From positions 1-28,812 of the IMG/VR virus record IMGVR_UViG_3300020469_000189: a stretch of DNA of 28,812 bases; one strand, given 5' to 3'. Within the stretch, counting starts at the first letter, position 1, and each line of letters opens with the position of its first letter. The notes under the pieces were generated by a model that did not search any database, was not told the origin of the DNA, and was given only the letters and a program-made list of their open reading frames with translations. A program made the translations under genes and the position numbers. The stretch is from a virus (lineage: Duplodnaviria > Caudoviricetes). Of the stretch, positions 17,649 through 27,100 are shown piece after piece.

Positions 17649-20600
17649 TTATACCTCTATTGTTGTTCTTATAAATTTATAAGCCATTGTGTCACCACTT
17701 GCTGGTGTCACTCTTAATCTTACAGCGCCACTGCTTATATCTGCATCAAATGTTGCTTGTGCCCCATTGTCAAATATAGAAGCGTACTGCGTTAAATAAA
17801 CTGTTGTTCCGTCATGGAAAAGTGTTATTTCTAGTGATTGATAATCACTGTCTGTTGAATTTGTTATCTGTACTAAGTACTTAGCAGTTCTAAATACTGA
17901 AGCTGTAAAACTATCTAGTGTAAATACTGTTGTTGCTGAAGAAGTTCCTGAGCCAACATCCATACCAGCTACTTGACCTATGTGAAATTTCTGTGGAGGT
18001 GATGTATCTTGAAGACCTATTCTACTTCCAAAGTAAGCAGTATTAGAGTCTCCAGCTCCCATAAATAAGTCTCCTGTAAATCCAACAGTACCTGACAAAA
18101 ACTTACCACCAAGTGCTGCACTTGATAATTGTGTAGTTGTTATAGAATTATTTGCAATCTCACTTGTACCTACTGCGTTTGCTGCTATTTTAGCTGCTGT
18201 TACAGCATTAGCATTTATTTTTGCAGTTGTTACTTGTAAAGCTCCTAGATGTATTGTATCTATTGAGCCAGTCTTTAATTCTGCGCTGTCTACTGCATTG
18301 GCTGCTATCTCTGCTGAGCCTACTGCATCCGTAGCTATTAAGTCTGCAGTAATTAATCCTGATGATATCATACCTACATTGTTAATTGCATTGTCTGCCA
18401 TCTTAGCTGCTGTTACTTGGTCATCTCCAATATGTATAGTATCAATACTACCACTTACTAATTCTGATGAATCTACGGAGTTAGCCGCTAATTCTGAGGA
18501 GCCTATTGCTCCTGCAGTAATTGATTCTGCTGTTACTGAATTACTTGCAATCTCACTTGAACCAACAGCGTTTGCTTGTATCTTTGCGGCTGTTACAGAG
18601 TTACCTGCTAATTGAGCAGTATTAACCTGTGCATCATCAATATGTCTAGTAAGAATACTATTTTGTGCTATCTTAGTTCCATCTACTGCGTTATCTGCAA
18701 TATTACCAGTAGCAATAGTATTAGCTGCTATATCTCCTGATACAATAGTTCCATTAGATATTAAGTCTGATGTAATTAAACCGCTTGATATAAATGCTAC
18801 ACTATTAATAGCGTTATCACCTATTTTAGCTGATGTTACTGCATCACTTGCTAGTTGAGCTGCTCCTACTTGTCCATCATCAATATGTTTTGTTAAGATA
18901 CTGTTCTGAGCGATCTTAGTTCCATCTACCGCGTTATCTGCTATGTTTCCTGTTGCTATTGTGTTTGCTGCTATTTCTGCTGTTGTAACACTTCCTGCTA
19001 CAATCTTACTTGCATTAACAGTATTGTTTGCTATTGCACTTGCTGTACCTGTTAAGTTACCTGTTACATTTCCTTCTATGTCTGCTACTAGTACCCCTTT
19101 TGTATAACCTGTTCCTGAAGTATTTACAGTTGTAGTTGGTTGTACTTGTAAATCTTTAAATATTTGCCACTTACCAGAGTTATCTGCGTTTCTGAATATA
19201 CCTGAGTATTTGTCTGTACCACTAGTATCGTATAATCCATAGAAACCTATATCAACTGCATCTGAACTTCCGTTGCCAGTTGCCATTGAGATAAGAGAAT
19301 CTCCAGTTGTAATTGTGGTAGCTGAAGCTGCGAATGAGGTTCCTGATACTGTCACATTTCCTGAGAAAGTAACATTACCTGACATTGTCTGTCCACTTAA
19401 TGCATCTGATTTAAGTTCTGCTACTGATACAGCATTTGCTGCTATCTGTGTAGCTGTTACTGCATTTCCAGATATTTCTACTGCAGATACTGAATTTACT
19501 GCAAGTTTTGCATTTGTTACTTGGTCGTCTGCTATATGTATTGTGTCTATTGAGCCTGATACTAGTTCTGCAGTATCTACTGAGTTTGCACCTAATTGAG
19601 TACTAGTGATACTTCCGTCTGCAATCTTAGCCGCAGTAACTGCGTTATCTGCTATCTTTGCTGTTGTTACATTAGCATTTAATATTTTTGCTGTTGTAAC
19701 TGAATCAGAAGCTAGGTGTATGGCGTCTATTGAGCCACTTACTATTTCTGCTGTATCTACAGAGTTTGCAGCAAGTTGATCTGCTGTAATCTGTGCATCG
19801 TCTATGTGTCTTGTTAAAATACTATTAGAAGCAATTTTTGTACTGTCTACTGCATTATCTGCTATCTTACCTGTTGCTATAGTATTATCTGCTATATCTC
19901 CTGATACAATAGTACCATCTGCGATATGGTCTGAAGCAATTACTCCAGAAGGTAGCTTAGCTGCTGTAATAGCATTATCTGCTATTTTACCAGTTGTTAC
20001 ATTACTATTAGCTATTTTAGCTGTAGTTACTTGTGAAGCTCCTATATGTATAGTATCTATACTACCTGTTATTAGTTCTGCACTATCTACAGAGTTAGCC
20101 GCTAATAAATCTGCGGTAACAGTACCAGCTGGTATTTGAGTAGCCGTGACCGAGTTATTTGCTATTTCACTACTTCCTACTGAATTTACTGCAATTTTTG
20201 CACTTGTTACTGAGTTAGCGGCTAGTTTAGCTGCTGTTACTTGTAAAGCCCCTAGATGTATTGTATCTATTGAACCTGTTTTTAATTCTGATGAGTCTAC
20301 TGCATTTGCTGATATTTCTGCGTTTGCTATAGCGTTAGCAGCTACGTGTCTTGCTACTATTGAATCTGTTGCTATTTCAGCTCCTGTTACATTGTTTGCA
20401 GCTATCTTAGATGTTATTATTTGTGCAGTAGCAATGTGAGAAGAGTCTATACTTCCGTCTATTAACTGAAGACTATCAACTGAATTAGTTGCTAGTGCAG
20501 CTGTGTCTATTGAGTTATCTGCAACTCCTGTTACTGCTGACTGTTGTAGTTGAGCTGCTGCAATAGCATTAGTTGATATTTCACTAGTTCCTATTGCGTT

Positions 20601-20738
20601 TGCTGCTATTTCACTTGATCCAACAGCGTTTGCTGCTATTTCACTTGCTGTAATTGAATTACTTACTATTTCAGTAGTACCTACTGCATTCGCCTCAAGT
20701 GAGGAGACTAATGCATTACTTTTTCCTATGAGTGACAT
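17649..20738 (-). CDS. long tail-fibre-like protein with decapeptide repeats
   Basis: Dozens of ~10-aa repeats (IAANAVGSSE / KIADNAVTAA), a central DIGFYG..YSGIFR knob and a C-terminal DSF...RTAKYLVQI...HDGT beta domain. Confidence 0.75.
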   Translation of the reverse strand: MSLIGKSNALVSSLEANAVGTTEIVSNSITASEIAANAVGSSEIAANAIGTSEISTNAIAAAQLQQSAVTGVADNSIDTAALATNSVDSLQLIDGSIDSSHIATAQIITSKIAANNVTGAEIATDSIVARHVAANAIANAEISANAVDSSELKTGSIDTIHLGALQVTAAKLAANSVTSAKIAVNSVGSSEIANNSVTATQIPAGTVTADLLAANSVDSAELITGSIDTIHIGASQVTTAKIANSNVTTGKIADNAITAAKLPSGVIASDHIADGTIVSGDIADNTIATGKIADNAVDSTKIASNSILTRHIDDAQITADQLAANSVDTAEIVSGSIDAIHLASDSVTTAKILNANVTTAKIADNAVTAAKIADGSITSTQLGANSVDTAELVSGSIDTIHIADDQVTNAKLAVNSVSAVEISGNAVTATQIAANAVSVAELKSDALSGQTMSGNVTFSGNVTVSGTSFAASATTITTGDSLISMATGNGSSDAVDIGFYGLYDTSGTDKYSGIFRNADNSGKWQIFKDLQVQPTTTVNTSGTGYTKGVLVADIEGNVTGNLTGTASAIANNTVNASKIVAGSVTTAEIAANTIATGNIADNAVDGTKIAQNSILTKHIDDGQVGAAQLASDAVTSAKIGDNAINSVAFISSGLITSDLISNGTIVSGDIAANTIATGNIADNAVDGTKIAQNSILTRHIDDAQVNTAQLAGNSVTAAKIQANAVGSSEIASNSVTAESITAGAIGSSELAANSVDSSELVSGSIDTIHIGDDQVTAAKMADNAINNVGMISSGLITADLIATDAVGSAEIAANAVDSAELKTGSIDTIHLGALQVTTAKINANAVTAAKIAANAVGTSEIANNSITTTQLSSAALGGKFLSGTVGFTGDLFMGAGDSNTAYFGSRIGLQDTSPPQKFHIGQVAGMDVGSGTSSATTVFTLDSFTASVFRTAKYLVQITNSTDSDYQSLEITLFHDGTTVYLTQYASIFDNGAQATFDADISSGAVRLRVTPASGDTMAYKFIRTTIEV

Positions 20739-20739
20739 A

Positions 20740-21072
20740 TTATGTTTGCTCCAAATATGAGAGTACGCAGTCGATTGAATTTGCTACATTACTCTGTACC
20801 TTGATTATATCCCCAGCTTCTAAAACAACTTTTGCATCTCCACCTATAACTACTTGTGTAGAGTTACTTGGTATTGGAGTGTTATGCATTAAAGCTACGT
20901 GAGTACTTGAACTTGCGTCATAGAACTCTACTGTTGCTTCAATTTGTCCACCACTTTGATTACAAATGTAACACCCAATAATTGTAGATGTTGTACTACC
21001 TGGGCAAGTATAGACACTCGTTAATGAGGTACCTACACTGGCTTGTGATGCTGATTTAAATGCTGATGCCAT
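20740..21072 (-). CDS. small beta-rich virion-associated protein
   Basis: VYTCP..T.STIIG..ICN ... KVVLEAGD.IKV...S.LE pattern is common in aquatic-phage fibre loci. Confidence 0.6.
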   Translation of the reverse strand: MASAFKSASQASVGTSLTSVYTCPGSTTSTIIGCYICNQSGGQIEATVEFYDASSSTHVALMHNTPIPSNSTQVVIGGDAKVVLEAGDIIKVQSNVANSIDCVLSYLEQT

Positions 21073-21076
21073 AATC

Positions 21077-21277
21077 TTATCCTAATGCTATGCTCAGTGC
21101 TAATGCTTCTGATTCTGTTATTCCTGCAGAAGACATAGTAACAATTTGACCTGAGCTATTCTTTGTGTAAATTGTTTTGTCAGAAACATTCATAGCAAGT
21201 TCATGTGTTTGTAAATCACTTGCTTGTGGTACACTACCTGCAGTTTCTGACCTTTTAATTTTAATTACATGGGACAT
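21077..21277 (-). CDS. mini fibre adaptor (IKIKRS...ELA domain plus ALALSIALG tail)
   Basis: N-terminus is paralogous to that of 21281..22837; hydrophobic C-terminal peptide. Confidence 0.65.
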   Translation of the reverse strand: MSHVIKIKRSETAGSVPQASDLQTHELAMNVSDKTIYTKNSSGQIVTMSSAGITESEALALSIALG

Positions 21278-21280
21278 TTC

Positions 21281-22837
21281 TTAGAATGTTCCTCCGTCTA
21301 GTGTATTTGACCATGCTACTGTTCCGTTTGCTCCTACTTGAAGCATTTGACCTACTGAATTAGTAGAGTCATAAGTACCAATATTTAATGTTGTAAATTG
21401 ATTACCACCATTTGCTCCGAAAATCATTTGACCTTCAGCAATAGCGTTGTCTAAACCTTTAATTTGTAAAGTATCTGATACTATTTCTATTGAAGTATTA
21501 TCTACATTAACTGAAATAGTATTACCTGCTTTACCAAGTCCTGTTCCTGCTGTTACACTACCAGCTCCTGAGAACTGTGTGAATGTTAATGTATCAGTAC
21601 CAAGAGTTGCTGAACCAGTAACGTTTGAAAGAACGAAACCTGCGTCTGCATTAGTAGAACCTTCTTCAATAAAAGTAAACAGTCCTCCAGTTACATCAGC
21701 ACTTGAATCTGCGTCTAGCGCTCTTGTTAATACGGCTGCTGCTGAGCCACTACCTACTGTACTTACAAAGTAAACACCATTCTGTGTTCCTGTTGACTGA
21801 TTTTTAACAAGTACTCTATCATTAAGTATTAAAGCTTGTCCGTCTACTGATATAGCTCCATTTGAGCCATATGTTAGAGTTGCCCCTACACCACCAGTAC
21901 CATTATCATATGTTCCTGAAATAGCAGCTTCTGTTGCTACTCTACAAGAATCTTTAATATCTAGTGCTTGTTTTACGCTGTCTACGTATGCTTTAGTTGA
22001 GGCATCTGTTGCTTGGGTAGGAGTACCAATATTAGTAATCCTGTTTGCACCCATGTCAATTGTTTGTGAGCCTGCAACTGTAAGTCCACCATCAAAGTCT
22101 ACTGATGGGGTAAATGTTGTAGTACCAGCAACTGTTATAGTATCACTACTTGCGTTACCAATGTTTACTGCTCCATTAAGAGTTGTGCCGCCTGTGACTT
22201 CTAAATCGCCACTTGCAGTTACGTCTGTACCACTTATAGTACCTGCGGCTACTACATTACCTGAGCTCGCATTTACTGTGAATTTGTTAGTAGCAATAGC
22301 TAAGTTGCCAGTCATGTTTACGCCTGCTAGCGAACTTAATCCTGCAACTGATAGAGCACTGCCTACTGTTGTTGATTCACTTCCGTTAGTAGTAACAAAT
22401 TTTAGATATGAGGTTCCGCCCTGGTTTATATCTAATGCTGCTGCATTGTTATCTAATAGTGTAAGTGAATTTGCTTGACCTGAAAGGTCTAATGTACCAC
22501 CATGAGTAATAACTAAATTGCCTGCTGGCGCTATTGTTAAATTACCTGAAGCTGTACTAAGAGTATTGCTAGATCCTGTAATTACAATATTACCAGTTTT
22601 TAATTGGTCAATTTTGCTATTACTGTCAACTACTACAGCTGAACTTGCTGTCAGCGTACCAGCTGTATGGTCGAGCATTTGGACATATAAGTCCCCGCCT
22701 ATTGTTGTTACCGCCGAGGTGCTTGGATGCCCTACAAATAGTTTCTTTGAATTTGATGAATACGCTAATTCACCAGCACCGAGGGAAGAGGGAGCGGCGG
22801 AACTCGCACTTCTTTTGATTTTAATGGTTTGTGCCAT
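21281..22837 (-). CDS. tail fibre/structural protein
   Basis: N-terminal IKIKRS..P..L..GELAY; internal DASTKAYVD, DRVLVKNQ...QNGVY..LTRA.D and AGTGL.K.GN fibre motifs; ends LDGGTF. Confidence 0.75.
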   Translation of the reverse strand: MAQTIKIKRSASSAAPSSLGAGELAYSSNSKKLFVGHPSTSAVTTIGGDLYVQMLDHTAGTLTASSAVVVDSNSKIDQLKTGNIVITGSSNTLSTASGNLTIAPAGNLVITHGGTLDLSGQANSLTLLDNNAAALDINQGGTSYLKFVTTNGSESTTVGSALSVAGLSSLAGVNMTGNLAIATNKFTVNASSGNVVAAGTISGTDVTASGDLEVTGGTTLNGAVNIGNASSDTITVAGTTTFTPSVDFDGGLTVAGSQTIDMGANRITNIGTPTQATDASTKAYVDSVKQALDIKDSCRVATEAAISGTYDNGTGGVGATLTYGSNGAISVDGQALILNDRVLVKNQSTGTQNGVYFVSTVGSGSAAAVLTRALDADSSADVTGGLFTFIEEGSTNADAGFVLSNVTGSATLGTDTLTFTQFSGAGSVTAGTGLGKAGNTISVNVDNTSIEIVSDTLQIKGLDNAIAEGQMIFGANGGNQFTTLNIGTYDSTNSVGQMLQVGANGTVAWSNTLDGGTF

Positions 22838-22856
22838 GTTTCTGTCCTAAATGAGC

Positions 22857-23237
22857 TTAAAAAGCCCCTGCGTCTATAGTGTCTGAGTCTGTTGAGTCGT
22901 TACCTATCATTATAGGAACAAAACTATATACGCCCGTAGACGTTTCTCTATAGATCTTTAACTGATTGTCATCAGTGTCATAAAATAAATCTCCTTCCGC
23001 TAAGTTTGCTGTACTAGAGGCTGGAGAAGATGTTTGTACGAAAAATTGGTTAGCTAAAAAGTTAAGGGCTCCTTCAACAGTGGATTGACTAGAAAGTGTC
23101 CCTACCGGATTGTCGAATGTGAGTGAGCCTGCATCTGTTGCACTGGCGGCTACAGCGCTAGAAACCGTTAATGTAGTGGTCTGTGCTGTTGCGCTTAAAC
23201 TTGTAGTTTGAGGAGTAATCGTGACTGTAAGTGCCAT
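22857..23237 (-). CDS. fibre-base/adaptor protein
   Basis: P...EGDLFYDTDDNQLKIY motif; ends IDAGAF. Confidence 0.6.
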   Translation of the reverse strand: MALTVTITPQTTSLSATAQTTTLTVSSAVAASATDAGSLTFDNPVGTLSSQSTVEGALNFLANQFFVQTSSPASSTANLAEGDLFYDTDDNQLKIYRETSTGVYSFVPIMIGNDSTDSDTIDAGAF

Positions 23238-23575
23238 TATCTTGTAACTTCTGCTGTAACTCTTGCTACGCCTTGGATGAGTCTGGTAATACTGTTTGCA
23301 CTACTGTTAAATAGTTCTAAATCATAATAGTATTTTCCTGACGCTACGTTCCGTGTTAATGCATATCCTAAACTCATTGTTAATTTACCTTGTGCGGCAT
23401 TTGTAACTGTACAAGAAAAGGTTGCTGTAAGAGTACTAGATGTTGGCGTGGGTCTTAGTTGTGCAGACGCAGTGTGACTACTCAGATTAACTGGGCTGCC
23501 GTTTTGCGCTACTACTAATTCTATGGAAAAGTCAGACCCCTGGTCTATGACTATATCATAATTTCCTGCTGCCAT
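23237..23575 (-). CDS. BppU-N-like Ig-fold baseplate/fibre attachment protein
   Basis: AGGAG RBS; YDI.IDQGSDF...GKYYYDLE...RLIQG...V..EVTR. Confidence 0.65.
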   Translation of the reverse strand: MAAGNYDIVIDQGSDFSIELVVAQNGSPVNLSSHTASAQLRPTPTSSTLTATFSCTVTNAAQGKLTMSLGYALTRNVASGKYYYDLELFNSSANSITRLIQGVARVTAEVTR

Positions 23576-23596
23576 AATTGTACTCCTATTAATAGA

Positions 23597-23625
23597 ATTA
23601 TATCAAAAATATGGGGTGTTGTCAA
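23597..23625 (-). promoter_or_regulatory. consensus sigma70 promoter of the fibre/glycosylation operon
   Basis: Reverse complement reads AAAATAGTTC-TTGACA-ACACCCCATATTTTTGA-TATAAT (17-nt spacer), upstream of AGGAG and the ATG at 23575. Confidence 0.87.
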
Positions 23626-23649
23626 GAACTATTTTTAAGGGGTATTGCT

Positions 23650-24102
23650 TTAACCTGATGGAGCATAGTAATGTTCACCATAAAGGTCATGACATATCTG
23701 AGTTTTAAAGCTATTCATTCGCCAGCCTCCATCATGATTAAGTATATCTAAACACCAAGTTTTCATCTGGTCTTGTGTTACTGCCGAATGAGGAGTCCAG
23801 CCAGTTAGTACTCCTGTAAAAGCATTAGGATTTCCAACGATTTTATCGCTTGGAAAAAATGATTGTTCATGAGTGCCAGTTAAAGTTTGGTCTGATTGCC
23901 CTGTTACTAAATGAGATGCGTTTCCAGTTGTTGTATCTGTTGCCGACCAGGTTAAAAATACTACTCTAATAATATCATCTAAACTTCCTGCGCTTATTGT
24001 TTCATGATGTGAATATGTCCAAGTAACATTTATCTGACAATCCAGAGTTGTTGTTACTGCATTTCCTTCGCTATCTGTTCCTGTTTTTATTATCCAATCC
24101 AT
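23650..24102 (-). CDS. hypothetical protein, tail-associated
   Basis: Coupled to the tail-tip gene with an AAGGAG RBS; beta-rich; no recognised catalytic motif. Confidence 0.55.
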   Translation of the reverse strand: MDWIIKTGTDSEGNAVTTTLDCQINVTWTYSHHETISAGSLDDIIRVVFLTWSATDTTTGNASHLVTGQSDQTLTGTHEQSFFPSDKIVGNPNAFTGVLTGWTPHSAVTQDQMKTWCLDILNHDGGWRMNSFKTQICHDLYGEHYYAPSG

Positions 24103-24104
24103 TA

Positions 24105-27100
24105 TTACTCCTTAATTGCTAGTGCGTTATGTGTTACATAGTTTTCTGTAATATAAGTATCTGCATCTTCAACATCGATATTATAAGTTTGAACTTCTTC
24201 GTCTACTCTTTGTTTACGCCAGACTTTTTCTAATACCAAATTATCTGTAACTAAAAAATCTCCTAAAATTATATCTTCTGCAGTTTTCCACATATAGGTT
24301 TCTCCTCTCAATATTAAGAAAGGATGTTCATAGGTTGCGTGTAGTGTTTCATTTATTCTATAGAACCATGTATAAGAGTCTACCCCTATTGCTTTTACTA
24401 CAGAAGTAGTTTTAGAGGCATTTACTAGTGAAGTAGCAGTCCAAGTTTTGTAAGCATCTTCATTGCTTTCATCTAAAGTAGTATCTGTTACGGCTTGTAG
24501 TGAATCTCCGACAGCTATATCTTGAACTTTTTTAGTTGTACCATCTGCCATTCTTATATTTGAGCCGTACACAAGACAACCACCGCCGCCACCGCCACCA
24601 GAGCCACCGCCACCGCCGCCTCCAGAGGTACCTCCAGTTGTTACTTGGAATGTTTCTTCAAATCCACCAATAGTTGCACTTACTTGTGAGAGTGTTAAGT
24701 TTGAGCCAGAAGAAGTATGTGCTATGTTAATATAACTTCCATTTGCTATCTGTGAATTACCAGTTACAAAACTACCACCATCAATACTGTATTGTGCGGA
24801 AGAACTAACTGTTTTTGTTCCTGTAAATCCGCCAGTTACTTGTGAGTTTGCATAATACGTTGTGCTTAAAGCAGCACCTGTTATATTAGTAAAACTAAAT
24901 AATGGGTCTGTAGTTCCGAACTTAACAAAGTTATATCTTACGAATCCTAATCTTGATGAGTTATTGTCTCCCTGTGCATATATGTATAATTTTACAGTTC
25001 CAGTTCCTGGATATTTAAATGATACTGGTATAGAGCCTTGTGTTCTAGATGATTGGTCTGGGTTATTACTTGATACTTCTGATGCAAATATTCTTGATTC
25101 ATGGACATATCCATCAATGTTTCTTACAAGTCTTGTACTAAATGGATTCGATTCTCCTTGCTGTACAACATTTTGGTCCTGCGTACCAACAGTAGTTACA
25201 AAACTACTGTTATCAGATACATGGAAGTGCATTGATTTTACATGACTTATTCCTCCAATTCCTGATATAACAATATTACCAACATAGTATCCTGCTCCTG
25301 TACCTACTGTTCCTATCAATCGATAGTTATAATCATTTTCATAGAATGTTCCAATAGTAGTACCAGTTGTATTAGCACCTGTAGAGTTTAGAGTAATATT
25401 TGCTGTTGTTAATGTTCCGTTTACAGTAACATCATCTCCTTCTAATGTTCCTTTAAATTTGGCGTTACCTGATGTATCAATATAGAACTCTTTTGCGGAG
25501 ATAAATCCAGCACTACCTAGAGTAATACCTGCTGAAGCAAAGGTTGCATTTGCTGCTCCACTTGCATTAGTACTAGCAAAGGTTGTGCCTGTAAGTGCCC
25601 ATCCTCCTGCGCTCCCTCCTCCAACAGTCAAAGTCATTGAATCTGTTGAAGATATTTTAGCATTTGTAATTGCATTTGAATTTATCTCTGCTGTATTAAT
25701 ACTACATGCGGATATCTTAGCAGAATTAATAGCATTAGCAGCAATCATAGCATTAGTAATATCTCCATTACCTACACTAATTTTTGCAAAATCAATAGAG
25801 CCTGTTCCGATAGCTATTTTTGCTATGTCTATAGAACCTGTACCAATAGCTATTTTTGCTATGTCTATAGAACCTGTACCAATAGCTATTTTTGCTATAT
25901 CAATATCTCCTGTTCCGATAGCTATTTTTGCTATGTCTATGGAGCCTGTTCCTATAGCTATTTTTGCTATACCAATATCTCCTGTGCCAATAGCTATTTT
26001 TGCTATGTCTATAGAGCCTGTTCCGATACTTATTTTTGCTATGTCTATAGCTCCAGTCGCGCTTATTTCTGCGTTTGTTATACTGTTTGCTACAATTTTT
26101 GCTGCTGTGATTGAATTAGCTTGAACATGGTCGCCGTTTACAGAATCATTTTGAATGACAAGACTAGTTACAGAGTTAATTGCTATCTGATTATTCTCAA
26201 TAGAGTTTGCTGCAATAACAATTGCATTTACTGAATTTGCTTTTAATTGATTTGACTCAATAGCATTTGCAGCTATAACAACTGCATTTACTGAGTTTGC
26301 TGCTATCTCTGAATTGCCTATTGCATTTGCTTGAATTATAGCTGCTGTTACTGAATTTGATTTTAGCTGTGCATTTTCTATAGAGTTAGCAGCTATACTA
26401 TCTACGTTGATAGCATTACTGGCTACACTTGCATTTACTATAGCATTAGCAGCTACACCAACTGTTGTTATAGCATTTCCTGCTACTTGGTCAGTATCAA
26501 CTGCTCCATTTTGAATTATTATTCCATTTACAGAATTGATTGCGATTTCGCTACTTCCTACTGAATTTCCTAATAATATGGTTCCATTTACTGAGTTAGC
26601 AGCTATTGAAGCTGAAGTAACTGAGTTTGCAGATATCTCTGCATTATTAATTGTGTTTGCCCCTATTTGAATACTTCCTACAGAGTTAGAAGCTAGTTCT
26701 ACTCCTGTAATACTATTTGCTGTAACTGTAAAAGCACCTACTGCGTCTGATGTAAGTTGAGCGGCTGTAATACTATTAGCTGTTATTGCTACTGTTCCGA
26801 TTGAATTTGCTGATATCTCTGAACTACCAATAGCATTGGTTGCTATAGCTATACCACCTATTGAATTAGCGGCTATTTCTGAAGTACCAATAGCGTTAGC
26901 TGATATATTTACGGCTCCAATAGCATTTGCTGCTATTTCTGAACTACCAATAGCACCTGCTATTATATTTGCTTCACCTATTGAGTTAGCTGATATTTCA
27001 CTTGAACCAATAGCATTTGATACTATTGCTACTGCACTGATTGAGTTTGCTGCTATTTGCACTCCGCCTATTGAGTTTCCAGCTATCTGTACACTTCCAA

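Noticed and set aside
21077-22837. Diversity-generating retroelement target (Mtd-like N-termini)
   Set aside because: No reverse transcriptase and no template/variable repeat pair with adenine-specific mismatches seen in the window.
24126-24578. Canonical mobile intein
   Set aside because: No homing endonuclease, +1 residue is Ala, and the position is at the extreme C-terminus of a structural protein.
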